A stretch of DNA of 38,728 nt from Trichomonas gallinae (GCA_008369845.1 MRSU01010467.1:1-38728), one strand, 5' to 3'; shown: positions 20,293 to 31,547, numbered from the stretch's first letter. The notes: generated by a model not told the origin, from the sequence alone. Numbers and translations are program-made.

Positions 20293-20829
20293 TATTAAAA
20301 AATGAATTTATTTTGATATTGAAAACTATATGATGAGATTTAAAAGCTAGAATCTATATGTGTGGGTCCTTATTCATTGTTTAATCAATGTTGTGCGAAT
20401 TGAATAATGATAGTGAAAGAAAAAAATGATCGCAATGTTGATAGGGAATTTCAAAAAGAAAAATGATTCATATCTTTGTAACAATAGGTGTTATAGATGA
20501 GTTGAATACAGATTAATGTTTATTTTTCCCATTCCTACGCATTAATATGAGTTTTCATCATCAATTACAAAATGATTCAGATTTTGATTTTGATATTTAT
20601 AAACATTAATAGAATTCTCTTATAATTTGCATTTCTTTCGTATGTATATGAATATTATTAGGAAGAATGCATTAATTATGTATTCTTCATTTGAAAAATT
20701 TGATATGGCAAGTTTAAACACGATAAGATGAATAAAACGCATATAGAAATGTTTAAATAGTAAATTAATAAAGCATGAGTTGAATATAATCGAGATATTG
20801 AAATTTGATTAAAATATGTGCAATATATT

Positions 20830-21402
20830 TCAAGTAAATAAGAGATCGAGATTAATATCGAAGCTCTCAATTACTCCTGGGGCATTGGAGACCATTGTAT
20901 AAAATTCATCGTAATCCAATTCTCCACTTTTACCGGAATCGTATTGTCGTATGAGTTCATCAACAAGTAAGTTGATTTGAGCTTCTTCAAGTTCAATCAA
21001 ATTGTTATCAGCGATGGAAATTTTAATAACATCAGTAATTTCGTCGCGCGAAACAGCACCACTTCCATCACTATCATAGGCTTGAAAACAGAGGCGAACC
21101 TTCTCATCAAAAGGTGCATTTGGATGGAATTTGTTTAATCCCGTAACAAATTCCATAAAGTCGAGATCACCGCTTCCATCATTATCAATGATCTTATAAA
21201 GTATCTCACCAATGCTTTTATTGCTGATTTTCATGTTTTTGGAGAAAGTTTCTGCATTAATTTGGCTCTCTTTTGTTAAATTACGGAAAATCTGAGCAAG
21301 AATGAATATCTGGCGCTGCGAAAAGTAGCATTGGTCGGAAATAGCTTCAGCATCCTTCTCAGAAATGAATCCTCTGTTGACAGCGCTATGATAGACACCC
21401 AT
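20830..21402 (-). CDS. Calcineurin B-like EF-hand calcium sensor
   Basis: EF loops DNDGSGDLDFME, DSDGSGAVSRDE, DSGKSGELDYDE; FHPNAPFDEKVRLCFQAYD; N-terminal MGxxxS myristoylation consensus. Confidence 0.9.
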   Translation of the reverse strand: MGVYHSAVNRGFISEKDAEAISDQCYFSQRQIFILAQIFRNLTKESQINAETFSKNMKISNKSIGEILYKIIDNDGSGDLDFMEFVTGLNKFHPNAPFDEKVRLCFQAYDSDGSGAVSRDEITDVIKISIADNNLIELEEAQINLLVDELIRQYDSGKSGELDYDEFYTMVSNAPGVIESFDINLDLLFT

Positions 21403-21838
21403 AAAAAAATTAAAAATTGCTCAAAATTTCGAAATCACGTTTAAATGCAACAATAACATGAAATAAGCATATTTGTTTGATATTTTTATGAAAAGTCAAA
21501 GTGTTCAATTTTCATTAGTTTACAAATAATAATTGAATTATTTACAAATTTATATTTTTATTTTTTGGTGGTATATAATTAATATATCAAAAATTAAATT
21601 GATTGATTTTAATACAAAAATTGTAAATATCTGAATTATCGATGACGATAAATCACATCATAAATTCCAAATGTCAAATAAACATAATATAAAAGCTTAT
21701 TATCCATTTGTCACTTTTATCAATTTGTATTCGATCATCTTTTTTCCATTTAATATCTCTGACACAATCGAAATTGAACCGTAAGAACTATAAATCATTG
21801 GCTGGTTATTGTACTGCTATAAAATTAATGCTCTTGTT

Positions 21839-21943
21839 CCGATAATTTAACCCAAAAACAAATTATCGGTACTGATGCGAGTACTTTAACCTTATTTATC
21901 GAAACAAGGTTAAAGTGATGAAATATGAACAGAATATGTTCAT
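21839..21943. other. Cluster of three consecutive inverted repeats (candidate structured RNA or DNA element)
   Basis: CCGATAATTT/AAATTATCGG (21839-21869), ACTTTAACCTT/AAGGTTAAAGT (21883-21916), ATGAACA/TGTTCAT (21925-21943). Confidence 0.55.
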
Positions 21944-22533
21944 TCTAATGTTCATGCAGCCGATTACCAAAGTTAAATTAATAGACACTATCATATGAGA
22001 AGAAATACAGCAGTTTCAAAAATTTTAGAATTGCCAGCACTTTTTTTTGGCAAAAGATTAGTTAAAAATTACATGTCAGAATACGACGTGTAAATATTTC
22101 AATTTGACACACAAAAATCTCGAAACTTATAACAAGTTTGAAACAAATATACGGATTTTTCAGGATTGATATGTCTTTCAGCAATTCATATGAAGATGTT
22201 GGCGAGCGAAAAGATTGTATAACAAACACTTAACCTTATTCTAGTTTTACATCATGTTAATTTATAGGACTGGTTAATAGAATAACTACAAACATGTAAT
22301 AGCAAAAATTAATGAGCACAAAATAATCTATACACTACATGAAGTAAACTCTGTTATTTTGGAAAATTACAGAGATATTATGGTTAAAATATCTTTTAAT
22401 AAGGTTAATTTATAATAAAAAATCCATTAAAATCAGAATTCGCGTTTTTCTACTCTATCTTTATTTAGTAGACAAAATAATACTGAAGACTATGAATTGA
22501 GCTGGAAAATTTTAGTTTAAAAGTGACATTCTC

Positions 22534-22851
22534 ATGACTGATTTTACAGATGAAGAAATTGAAGCTGCAATGAAAGATATTAATGTTGATGATGAAATAG
22601 AACAGATAATAGCAGATATCGCTGCCAACAAATGCAAAAAAGAAATCAAAGATAGAACTAATCAATTATTAAAAGAAGATGAATACATTACCCATGAACG
22701 TCTATTAGAAAAACTAAAAGCACAGCACAAATCTATTGTTGATAATTTGGGAAAGGTTGATTCTGATACGCTTAAAAATATTATTAACCAATTAGACGAA
22801 GAAAAGAGAAAAGAATTCGATGAGCTTCTTACTTACTATGATGGCAAATAA
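22534..22851 (+). CDS. Small acidic helical/coiled-coil hypothetical protein
   Basis: 105-aa ORF; AAAGTGAC at 22520-22527 just before the ATG; E/K/D-rich. Confidence 0.75.
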   Translation: MTDFTDEEIEAAMKDINVDDEIEQIIADIAANKCKKEIKDRTNQLLKEDEYITHERLLEKLKAQHKSIVDNLGKVDSDTLKNIINQLDEEKRKEFDELLTYYDGK

Positions 22852-23044
22852 GCTGAACCTTAAAATTCCGCAAAACATTGTTGTAAATTATCATTTCGCT
22901 AATATTCTACTAAATTTGTTATATCTTAACCGAATTTTTGTACTCTCTATGCTGGTTAAATTATAATAGAAAATTTAAAAAAATGTAATTTTTGATGAGA
23001 AAGGATTCATAGTATATTCTTCATTTTATGTCAATCAAAATATA

Positions 23045-24364
23045 TTACTCTTGAGGATGCTCTTGCTTTGATTCTATAACTTGGCTTCCCGCGAATGAGA
23101 AACCGGATATATCTTGGTAAGCAGAATCAGCAGGCAAAGCGTCAGAGTCGAGTGCAGGTTCATTCATAAAGTCAGAGCAGAAGTTTTCTGGATCCATTTC
23201 GTCAACTTGCTGGAAATTGCGAGGCTGAACTTCCTTTCTAAGGACTTTGTCCCAGTTTATGCCCTTGAAGAATGGATGTTCCTTTATCTGCTCGAAGTCT
23301 GGTCTGTTTTCTGGTTCCTTCTGCAGGAGAAGCTTAATCAAGTCTACAGCTGCCTTGTGGCCGTACGTTGGATAATTCGGCTCCTCATTAACAATATTAT
23401 CGAAGAGAACAGCCTGGTTTTCATCGTAGAATGGTGTACCTGAGAAGAGTACTTCGTATAATAAGACACCAAGAGCCCACCAGTCGACTTTGAATCCGTA
23501 TCCGAGACGGAGAACGACTTCTGGAGCTAAATACTCTGCAGTGCCGCAGAAAGTCTTGGCTCCTTCATCGTTGATCTCTTTGCAGAGGCCAAAGTCTGTA
23601 AGTTTAACGTGGCCCGATTTATCGAGCAAAACATTCTCTGGTTTGAGATCTCTGTATACAATCTTATGAGTATGGAGGTGCTGAAGGGCTAAAACTATTT
23701 CAGCCATGTAGAGTTTTGTATCTTCGATTGGAACAACTGCAAAATTCGAAATATGATGGAGAAGTTCGCCTCCTGCTGCATATTCGAGACCGATATAGAA
23801 TTTGGAAGGTGTCTGGAAAGCAAACTCCGCATGAATGATGAATGGATGTGGTGGAATTGAGAATAGAAGGTTTCTTTCGGCAATGATTGTATCAACTTGT
23901 CCCATTTCGACGAGTTTCTTCTTTCTGACTGTTTTAAGCGCGTATAGCTTACCTGTATCGAGTTTTTCAACGAGCATAACTTTTCCATAGAATCCTCGAC
24001 CAAGAACAGAAATAATTCTGAATTGGTCCATTGAATAGCCATGCTCGGTGTAAAGGCAGGCGCGAAGTGCGAAAACCCATGGATAAACTTCAGCTGCATT
24101 AGATTTTAATAAATATTTTCCGATTTCTTCATTTTCGATAATAAAATGCGGATTCTTCTTTCTATCTACGAGAACTATATTAGTTTCCGGTGTGATTTCA
24201 ATAATTTCCTTGTAATCTTCGATCTTTTCGGTTTTTGATACATAAAGTTTATTACCAATAAGCCAGTAATTGTTTGTTGACCAGATTCCGAGCAATACTT
24301 TGTGCTTCAGTGAGCCTTGTATTGTTATGGGTCCCTGGGGAATCTCATGTTCATTTTCACTCAT
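23045..24364 (-). CDS. AGC family Ser/Thr kinase with N-terminal PH domain (PKB/Akt-like)
   Basis: PH-like N-terminus (QGSLKHK..W..YPWVFALR); GRGFYG, ALK, YRDLKPEN, DFG, TFCGTAEYLAPE; AGC tail ending ISGFSF. Confidence 0.95.
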   Translation of the reverse strand: MSENEHEIPQGPITIQGSLKHKVLLGIWSTNNYWLIGNKLYVSKTEKIEDYKEIIEITPETNIVLVDRKKNPHFIIENEEIGKYLLKSNAAEVYPWVFALRACLYTEHGYSMDQFRIISVLGRGFYGKVMLVEKLDTGKLYALKTVRKKKLVEMGQVDTIIAERNLLFSIPPHPFIIHAEFAFQTPSKFYIGLEYAAGGELLHHISNFAVVPIEDTKLYMAEIVLALQHLHTHKIVYRDLKPENVLLDKSGHVKLTDFGLCKEINDEGAKTFCGTAEYLAPEVVLRLGYGFKVDWWALGVLLYEVLFSGTPFYDENQAVLFDNIVNEEPNYPTYGHKAAVDLIKLLLQKEPENRPDFEQIKEHPFFKGINWDKVLRKEVQPRNFQQVDEMDPENFCSDFMNEPALDSDALPADSAYQDISGFSFAGSQVIESKQEHPQE

Positions 24365-24717
24365 TGGTCAAACCGCTAGTTTACAAATCGACTGAATTTT
24401 CAAAATTATTTTGGATATTAGATCTATATAATGTACATATTCCATTTTTCAAATAAAATCCAAAATTCAATTTGATCATTTATTTTTATTATATAAATCA
24501 TATGTATATATTATATAATTCATATTTGCAAACGAAAAGTCAAAAATCAATAAAATATAAATTTTAAATAATTATGGCCTCTTTCCATTAAAATTTTCTC
24601 ATTATAAGTCCATAATTATTTAAAATTAAAACTCATAGTATTTATATGCTAATAATGAAATATTAACATATAAAACCTATTGCCAACTGTTATACATAAG
24701 AAAATGTTAATTTTATC

Positions 24718-25308
24718 ATGAAGCTTCCGATATCAATATCAAATCGACAAAAAGAAAACCCAATGATCGAACTTTTCAAGGCGATTCCGCATAATTGGAT
24801 GGAAGCGGATAATGCTGACTATATAGTTGGAAATGAAATTGGAATTTTATTTCTTTCATTAAAATTTCATCGACTAAATCCAAAATATCTTGAAGAAAGA
24901 GTAAAGAAATTTCAAGGTGACTTCAAATCAAGAGTATTACTCGTACTTGTTGATATTGATGACCCTGATCAAACAATATCAAAATTAACAAGAACAGCAA
25001 ATGGAAGCTATATGACTCTTGTTCTTTCATTCAAATACGAAGAAGCTGCCAGATGGATAATTAGCATGTACAATACTCAAGAAGCAAATGTAGATGAATT
25101 AAAAGCATCGAATGAGACTCCATTTGAGACTGGGGTTAACTGTTTGCATTCTCTAGGATTATCCCGCAAAGAAGCTGAAGAACTTTTAACTGCTTTTGGC
25201 TCGATATATAAATGTTTGACTACAACAAAAGAAGAGATTATGAAAGCTACATCTTTGAGTTCTAAGAAGGTTGATATGATAATTGAGAATTCTCGAGCTC
25301 AATTTTGA
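24718..25308 (+). CDS. ERCC1: DNA excision repair protein ERCC1/Rad10
   Basis: RQKENP, ADYIVG, LFLSLKFHRLNPKYLEERV, RVLLVLVDIDDP, EEAARWI; C-terminal HhH-like LLTAFGSI. Confidence 0.93.
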   Translation: MKLPISISNRQKENPMIELFKAIPHNWMEADNADYIVGNEIGILFLSLKFHRLNPKYLEERVKKFQGDFKSRVLLVLVDIDDPDQTISKLTRTANGSYMTLVLSFKYEEAARWIISMYNTQEANVDELKASNETPFETGVNCLHSLGLSRKEAEELLTAFGSIYKCLTTTKEEIMKATSLSSKKVDMIIENSRAQF

Positions 25309-26095
25309 AAAAATTATTGATCTTCTGCTGTAAAAGCAAGTTCAATGCATACAGACACCAAAAATAGCTCTTATCTGAGAATGATACAATATTCCATTGA
25401 TTTAATATTTTCAATAATTGATATTCAACAAATCAAATATAGATGCTGTAATTTCAAATATGTATTCTAATTAAATAGAATGTTTATAGATAAAATATAC
25501 CAGAGTCAATAGTTTAACCATGAAATTATTTTGATGAAATTTTAATTAACTAGATTATATCCATATGAAAGTTAAATTATATTCCAGAAGTAATGCATAT
25601 TTCAAAATTTGTTTCATTGAGTTAGAATCCAATAATATATTTCAAAGTAAATATTATTTGATTTATGACTGTTTTAACGTCAGTGTCATGTTTTCAATGT
25701 CCAATATATATATAGTACGATGCGCGTACAAGTTTCGAAATATTAATTGAAAATTGTTTCTTTTGGTTTTCTACGAAAAAGCAAAGTTTATTCCAGCAAA
25801 TTAAAACATTATTCATTAAAACATAAAATGATTACATGATAAATAATGTTTGTTAGTATAAAATCTTATCAAAATTCAAAGCCATAACAATTCAACGTAC
25901 TGCCTGATTTTATTTTAAAATATCAATATGTCTTAGATAATTTAATGATTAGTTGATATGGCAAGTATTCAAAATTTTGAATATGTTGATGAAAAGTGAC
26001 ATTTTTGAAATAAAACAATTTATAAGATTAAAATAATCATTACAAAAGTAGCTGTTTGGAATAATGACAAATTCAATATAAAATTATAAAAATCC

Positions 26096-26419
26096 ATGAA
26101 GTATGTCATTGGATCTCGCAGAAGGAGACATGCAAAACCACTATCAACGCGGAGAATAATGTTCGAAAATCAAATTGCCTTCATTTTACTGATGCTGCTA
26201 ATGTTTGCTTTAGCTTTCTCCGTAATAATGACAAACGAGCAATGCAGAGGATGGATTTGGAAAAGCAATACTTCGACCAAGCACTTAGTTTACAAAAGTA
26301 AAACCTTATTCAATCGTTATGAACTTGAAAAAATCTATTACTACGGAATTCCAGGAACAAAATTTCAAAACAAATTGAAAAACACAGATAGTGAAGATTT
26401 ATGTTCAATAATAACATGA
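26096..26419 (+). CDS. Small single-pass membrane hypothetical protein
   Basis: 107-aa ORF with a basic N-terminus followed by hydrophobic IAFILLMLLMFALAFSVIM; AAAGTGAC at 25993. Confidence 0.5.
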   Translation: MKYVIGSRRRRHAKPLSTRRIMFENQIAFILLMLLMFALAFSVIMTNEQCRGWIWKSNTSTKHLVYKSKTLFNRYELEKIYYYGIPGTKFQNKLKNTDSEDLCSIIT

Positions 26420-26954
26420 TGCATAATTCGTTCATCAGCTATTTATATTGATTTGTCAATCAATATTTTTTTTTTATATCCATATTTAATTAAGTTATAT
26501 TTGATTTTTATTTAAAGCTATTAGTTATCTATTCAATTCTAGACTCTTTTACTGTATCCATAATAATATTTTTTTTATTTCGAAGAATATTGTTTCAATA
26601 TATATGCAAACTCGTTGATAGATTTTAACTCAAGTATTGTTTCATAAATCACATAATATTTTGGTGCAATAAACCAAATTTTCATTGAAGAATATGATCT
26701 CATCAATACAACTTAGTTCTTCAATGTAATAGTATTTCAAATATCCACTAAATGTTATGGACGAATTTTTAGTAGGTTAGCGTATTTGGATGTTCATAAT
26801 ATTATTGAAAAATTTGAAATTTAAGTGAAAAACATGTATGAACATATACAAAACGATTGATTTTTCAATCCCGAGCGTTTACAAACAAAAATCACATTTG
26901 AATGAAAATGCATCAAATTTGAGAATATTCTAAAATTTAAATTCATTTTTTCGT

Positions 26955-27992
26955 ATGCTTTCCGTTCACACGGAGACTAACGGACTGATGCTTACTATCC
27001 TTGTCATGTCATTACTTGCAAGACATGCTGATTGCATTGGAAACACAACTGTTCGTTCTTTGACACTAAAATCTTTCAAAGGAAATTCGCCGGTTTTTAT
27101 GATCAACAAAGCTTTCAATAAACAGCACTTTTCCTTTGACAAGCTCTCTATTTCCAAGCTATCCACAAACTTCGTGAGGACTTCTATACCTGTGTCGTTC
27201 TCAAGATCCATTTTCAAGAAAAATTTGGCTCCAATTTTAAGACTTGATTCATCGGAGATGGAAAAACAAACTATCACTGAGACAACAAACATCGAAGAAA
27301 ACATTGTTTTCAAAGAATGCACATTTGTTATGACCAGTGGCAGCATTGTAAACACTGAGTACAATATAATGCTTAGTGCAAAATTCATAAAATGCTCAAT
27401 CACAGGAACAATGGATTTCATTGTCAATAAACTTATGAATGTTTACATAAATGACACAATTGTTAATGATGTGAAGGCCAAAGTCAACCTGTTCTCATCG
27501 AGCTCACTCAAAGGTTTGTACAGAAGAAATAATTTTACCAGTGTTGCTCTGAATGATATCGCAGTTGCGTTCAGAGTAGATTCATCTAAAGGCACACATT
27601 GTTTCAACACATTCAGTTACATGAATGCTAAAATGATATACCAATTTATGAATTCCGTCACAATTCTTGCCGAAACTATTGTGAACACAACGATCAAAGA
27701 CTATGATGTTATGTTGAATGAAGGAAATCTGATGGACTGCATCTTCTACGCAACATTAACGAAAGATGGCTATCATGTCTATGCAAATGATATGATTTCA
27801 GTAACAGGATGCTGTTTCTCTGGTGATCCTGATCATTGGATATTCTCTGAAAACCCTGGAACAACTAAAACTATGATTGCGCATCCAGACCAATGTGCTT
27901 TCGTGCGTTTCATTAGAGAAATTCCTTACAAAATACACAAGAACAAAGAAGTTTTATTCAAGATGCCAGTTGATTACTATTACAACTACTAA
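26955..27992 (+). CDS. Hypothetical protein, probably beta-helix-like, with N-terminal hydrophobic segment
   Basis: 345-aa ORF; Inr TCATTT at 26943; repeats such as VFKECTF, KFIKCSI, LMDCIFY, VTGCCFS. Confidence 0.8.
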   Translation: MLSVHTETNGLMLTILVMSLLARHADCIGNTTVRSLTLKSFKGNSPVFMINKAFNKQHFSFDKLSISKLSTNFVRTSIPVSFSRSIFKKNLAPILRLDSSEMEKQTITETTNIEENIVFKECTFVMTSGSIVNTEYNIMLSAKFIKCSITGTMDFIVNKLMNVYINDTIVNDVKAKVNLFSSSSLKGLYRRNNFTSVALNDIAVAFRVDSSKGTHCFNTFSYMNAKMIYQFMNSVTILAETIVNTTIKDYDVMLNEGNLMDCIFYATLTKDGYHVYANDMISVTGCCFSGDPDHWIFSENPGTTKTMIAHPDQCAFVRFIREIPYKIHKNKEVLFKMPVDYYYNY

Positions 27993-28304
27993 AAATTGAA
28001 TTTTATTTTTCCTATTTCATCGCGGGAAGTAGATTGTAAGCAACTACTAGACGATAAATATTAGAATGCTCATCGTTTTTGGAGATATTTCAAAAATAAT
28101 AAAATATACAATAAATTCGAATTTGAAAATAGATAACTGCGCCCCAAAGACAATCCAGCATTAAAGAACTAACTTTTTATAATAGAAATTAGTATAAATT
28201 ATAAAAAATTTAAAAAAATAAGAGAATTATGTAGTTAAAAATGGTTTGCGAAGGTGGTGTGATTATTCAAATAGCTGTGGTTAAAGTATCAATATTTATA
28301 ATAT

Positions 28305-28676
28305 TTACTCTGTGATGACTGAGACTTCGACCTGAACGTCTGGCTCGATAGCGATCTGTGTAACTTGCTTAACAGCTTCAGCTGTGCCCTGGAAATCAAT
28401 AACGCGCTTGTAGATACGAAGTTCGAAATGATCGTATGTCTCTGTACCATTACCGCATGGTGCACGGCGTGTTGTGATTCTCAGGCGGCGGCGTGGCATT
28501 GGGATTGGGCCGCGGACCTCGAGGTTAGACTTCTTCAGTTTGCCGATGAGATTGCCGCAAACTCTCTGGAGGTTTGGAAGCTTGGAGGATGTGATTGTGA
28601 GGCGAATCTTCTGGACTGGAAGATCCTCAACGATCTCCTTCTTTTCATCACCAGTTGGAACGACGTGGTCAGTCAT
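28305..28676 (-). CDS. RPS20: 40S ribosomal protein S20 (uS10)
   Basis: KIRLTITS, VRGPIPMP, ITTRRAPCGNGTETYDHFELRIYKRVID, IEPDVQVEV; first ATG at 28676. Confidence 0.97.
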   Translation of the reverse strand: MTDHVVPTGDEKKEIVEDLPVQKIRLTITSSKLPNLQRVCGNLIGKLKKSNLEVRGPIPMPRRRLRITTRRAPCGNGTETYDHFELRIYKRVIDFQGTAEAVKQVTQIAIEPDVQVEVSVITE

Positions 28677-28684
28677 TAAGTTGG

Positions 28685-28689
28685 AAAGG
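28685..28689 (-). promoter_or_regulatory. CCTTT (M5-type) alternative initiator of RPS20
   Basis: Minus strand reads GGCCTTTCCAACTTA-ATG with no nearby TCAYT. CCTTT is the known Inr alternative at trichomonad ribosomal protein genes. Confidence 0.7.
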
Positions 28690-28784
28690 CCAAGCCAAAC
28701 AGAGTAATTCAATTTTTATCGTCCAGGTCTTTTTCCTATTTTTCATTCTACGATATATAGATTTCTCTCTATATATGAAAAAAT

Positions 28785-29205
28785 TTTTGCTAATAAACTA
28801 TATCAATATCTTGTAATTTTTTTCATCAAAAAAAATTTTTCTCGTTTTCAGATATTTAGATATTAATATGCATTTATATACAGCTATTATGTACTTTTTG
28901 CTAATGAACTATACAAAAATCTTGTGATTTTATTAATCAAGAATTTTTTTTGCTTTTAGAGACATTTAGATATTGATATGTATTTATATACAACTATAAT
29001 TAACTCTTTGCTTATAAACTATATGAAAATCTTGTAATTTTTTTCATTATGAAATTTTTTTTATCCTTTTTAAAGAAATTTAAAATCGGATATATATTTA
29101 TTATCCATTTAAAATAACTATTGTTAATAAACAATATCAAAATCTTGTTATTTTTTTTATGATGAATTTTTTCTTGTTTTTATAGAGGTTTAGATTTCTG
29201 TATAT
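28785..29205. repeat. Degenerate AT-rich tandem repeat, about 111-bp unit, about 4 copies
   Basis: Anchor ATCTTGT at 28808, 28919, 29029 and 29142 (periods 111, 110, 113), each preceded by a TTGCTAATAAACTATA-like string and followed by a TTTAGATAT-like string. Confidence 0.85.
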
Positions 29206-29825
29206 GCTGAACTCTGTCATTAATGTTGATCTGGAATGTTTAGAGTTGCATATAATAGTAAAAAAAATTATGAAAATAATATATCTATTCATATATTTCA
29301 TTTATGCATATACTCTGATTGTTTATGCATAGTATTAGTGAAATACAATCAGATTAGAATTTTTGTTTTTGGATTGAACAATTCGCGAAAAAAATAACGT
29401 TAATCTTGCTGCATCAATGACAAATATAGGACATTGCCGCATAAATATTCATATTTGCGCTGAGAAAAAATAAATGCACGATAGGGGATCAATGTAAAAA
29501 AATATTGAGCGATAAATAAATTGATTCAGTGGAATTCATCTTATAAACAATTTGCTACTTATCATGAGTAGATGCATAATCAACTAAAATAAGTCTTTGA
29601 TATATAAAATTGGAATTGTCAAATTTATTTCCTTTGTTATTTATTCGATTTATTTATCATGACACGCTGGATTGTGTGTTTTTTGGCCGCATATCGAAAG
29701 CTTTTTGAATATTTTGAAAGATAATTTAATAATTCTGAAAACTTGATATGTGACTGTTTAATATTTCGTATTCATGTATATTTTATGAGCTGTGGATCAT
29801 GATATGCTCATTTTTCTTGTTCGTT

Positions 29826-30800
29826 ATGATTCGCTGCGTCGACAGATTATTTGGAAACATATGGGGCGTTATTTTTGGATGGCAATTGTGTGTTATCACG
29901 ACGTGTCTTGGTGGTACAATATTGTCATATAAAGCAAGGTATTATGGAAACACGATTCCACTATTGAATCTTGCTAGCACATACTTTTTCATATGGATTT
30001 GTAATGTCTGGTGGTGGCCGAAAGGTAATTCGAAATGGTGGGGATATATATTAGTTGCTTGCACAATTGTTACAGGAGATTGTATTAATTTAATGGCATA
30101 TAACATGACATCTTTAGCTTCTGTTATTGTTATTGTTTCAACAGTTATATTCTGGGTTGCGCCGCTTTCATATTTTGTGTTCAAAAGGACTATCAATTGC
30201 AAACAGTTCTTTGCAATGCTTATTGCAGCTGCTGGAGTCTCACTGGTCATGGTTGCACAAGGAACTAAAGATAGCCACTTGTGGGGAAACCTTGTTGCCC
30301 TTGGTTCAGCAGTTTGTTTCGCTATCACAAATATCACGCAGGAATATGTAGTTAAAGATAATAGTATTCGCTTATATCTATGCAGATTTTCATCAATTGC
30401 CTGGCCAATTGCAGCAATTTTGAGTGGTTCACTAGAATGGAAAATGATTAAAGAATATAAATGGGATACAAGGTCTATTTTGTGTCAGATTGGATATCCA
30501 ATTGTTCTTGGATCATATTATATGTTTTCTCCTTTTATTTTGCAACATTCAGATGCAACAGTAATGAATCTATCTTTAATGACGAATAACTTCGTTTCCT
30601 TGGCTATTGATATCCTCTTCTTTGGCCGGCCATTCAACTGGCTTTATATTCTCGGTTTTTGTTTTATTCCAATTGCAGTCGCAATTTTCGTGCTGTGTGA
30701 AACAAAGAAAGAATCAAAAGAAGGAGAAATAACTCCTTCAATAGAGCAATCACTTGTTTCCCAACCTGGTGAAGAAGAACCAATGTATAAAGTTGTATAA
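29826..30800 (+). CDS. SLC35F-like drug/metabolite (DMT/EamA) transporter
   Basis: About 10 TM segments; AYNMTSLASV, GNLVALGSAVCFAITNITQEYVVK, SDATVMNLSLMTNNF. An Inr TCATTT at 29808 favours ATG 29826 over 29799. Confidence 0.85.
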   Translation: MIRCVDRLFGNIWGVIFGWQLCVITTCLGGTILSYKARYYGNTIPLLNLASTYFFIWICNVWWWPKGNSKWWGYILVACTIVTGDCINLMAYNMTSLASVIVIVSTVIFWVAPLSYFVFKRTINCKQFFAMLIAAAGVSLVMVAQGTKDSHLWGNLVALGSAVCFAITNITQEYVVKDNSIRLYLCRFSSIAWPIAAILSGSLEWKMIKEYKWDTRSILCQIGYPIVLGSYYMFSPFILQHSDATVMNLSLMTNNFVSLAIDILFFGRPFNWLYILGFCFIPIAVAIFVLCETKKESKEGEITPSIEQSLVSQPGEEEPMYKVV

Positions 30801-31315
30801 ACAGAACTATCGCAATTCTATAATATGTCCTATTTCTATTTTTCAATTTTTAATACAAGTGCTTTATTTCATTGTGATTTTGGTTTGATATTATTTGAAT
30901 TTTTTATAGAATGCATAAATGTCAATAAATGCGTAATAAATACAATATCAAAATGATATATAGTTGTTACATAATGAGATATTGTTATAAAAATCAAGAA
31001 TGACAAATTATTCGAATAAAACTTGATATTTCTGATTGATTTCATTGGGAATTTGAAATATGCGAAAATATAAATTGATAAGCCAATTTTCATCGAAATT
31101 TGTTAACAAATTTTCTTTTCAAAAATTTAAATTAGAATTTCTTTCATTTTCTTACATTATATGATAAGATTCGAATTTTCTAAAAGTGACACAGGGTATT
31201 ATGAGGAACACACATTTAGAAAATTGTTAAATCTTAAAACCTGCGTTTTATTGAAAATGACCTTGGAACCCAGTAGATTGAGTATCCCAAAATGAGTGGA
31301 TCAACCACATACCAA

Positions 31316-31547
31316 TTAAAATTCAAAATCATCTGTTTCCCAAGGCGAAATATCAAATTCTTCAATTTGATCATTCATTAGAACCAATGAATCAAAAAGC
31401 ACAGAGTCAGCATCGCCACATTCGAATGCATCATGCTCTTTTAACTCTGGACTTGATTCAAGCGTCTTTGGAACAGGTTCACAATCGATTCCAGAATACT
31501 TTGAAAATGCGCTGAGATTTCTCTTTTTAATCAGAAAAAAACTTCAT
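31316..31547 (-). pseudogene. Small acidic protein gene (76 aa) with one extra base in a T7 run after the start
   Basis: Removing one T from the run at 31535-31541 gives MKFFLIKKRNLSAFSKYSGIDCEPVPKTLESSPELKEHDAFECGDADSVLFDSLVLMNDQIEEFDISPWETDDFEF*. Not in the ORF track. Confidence 0.5.
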
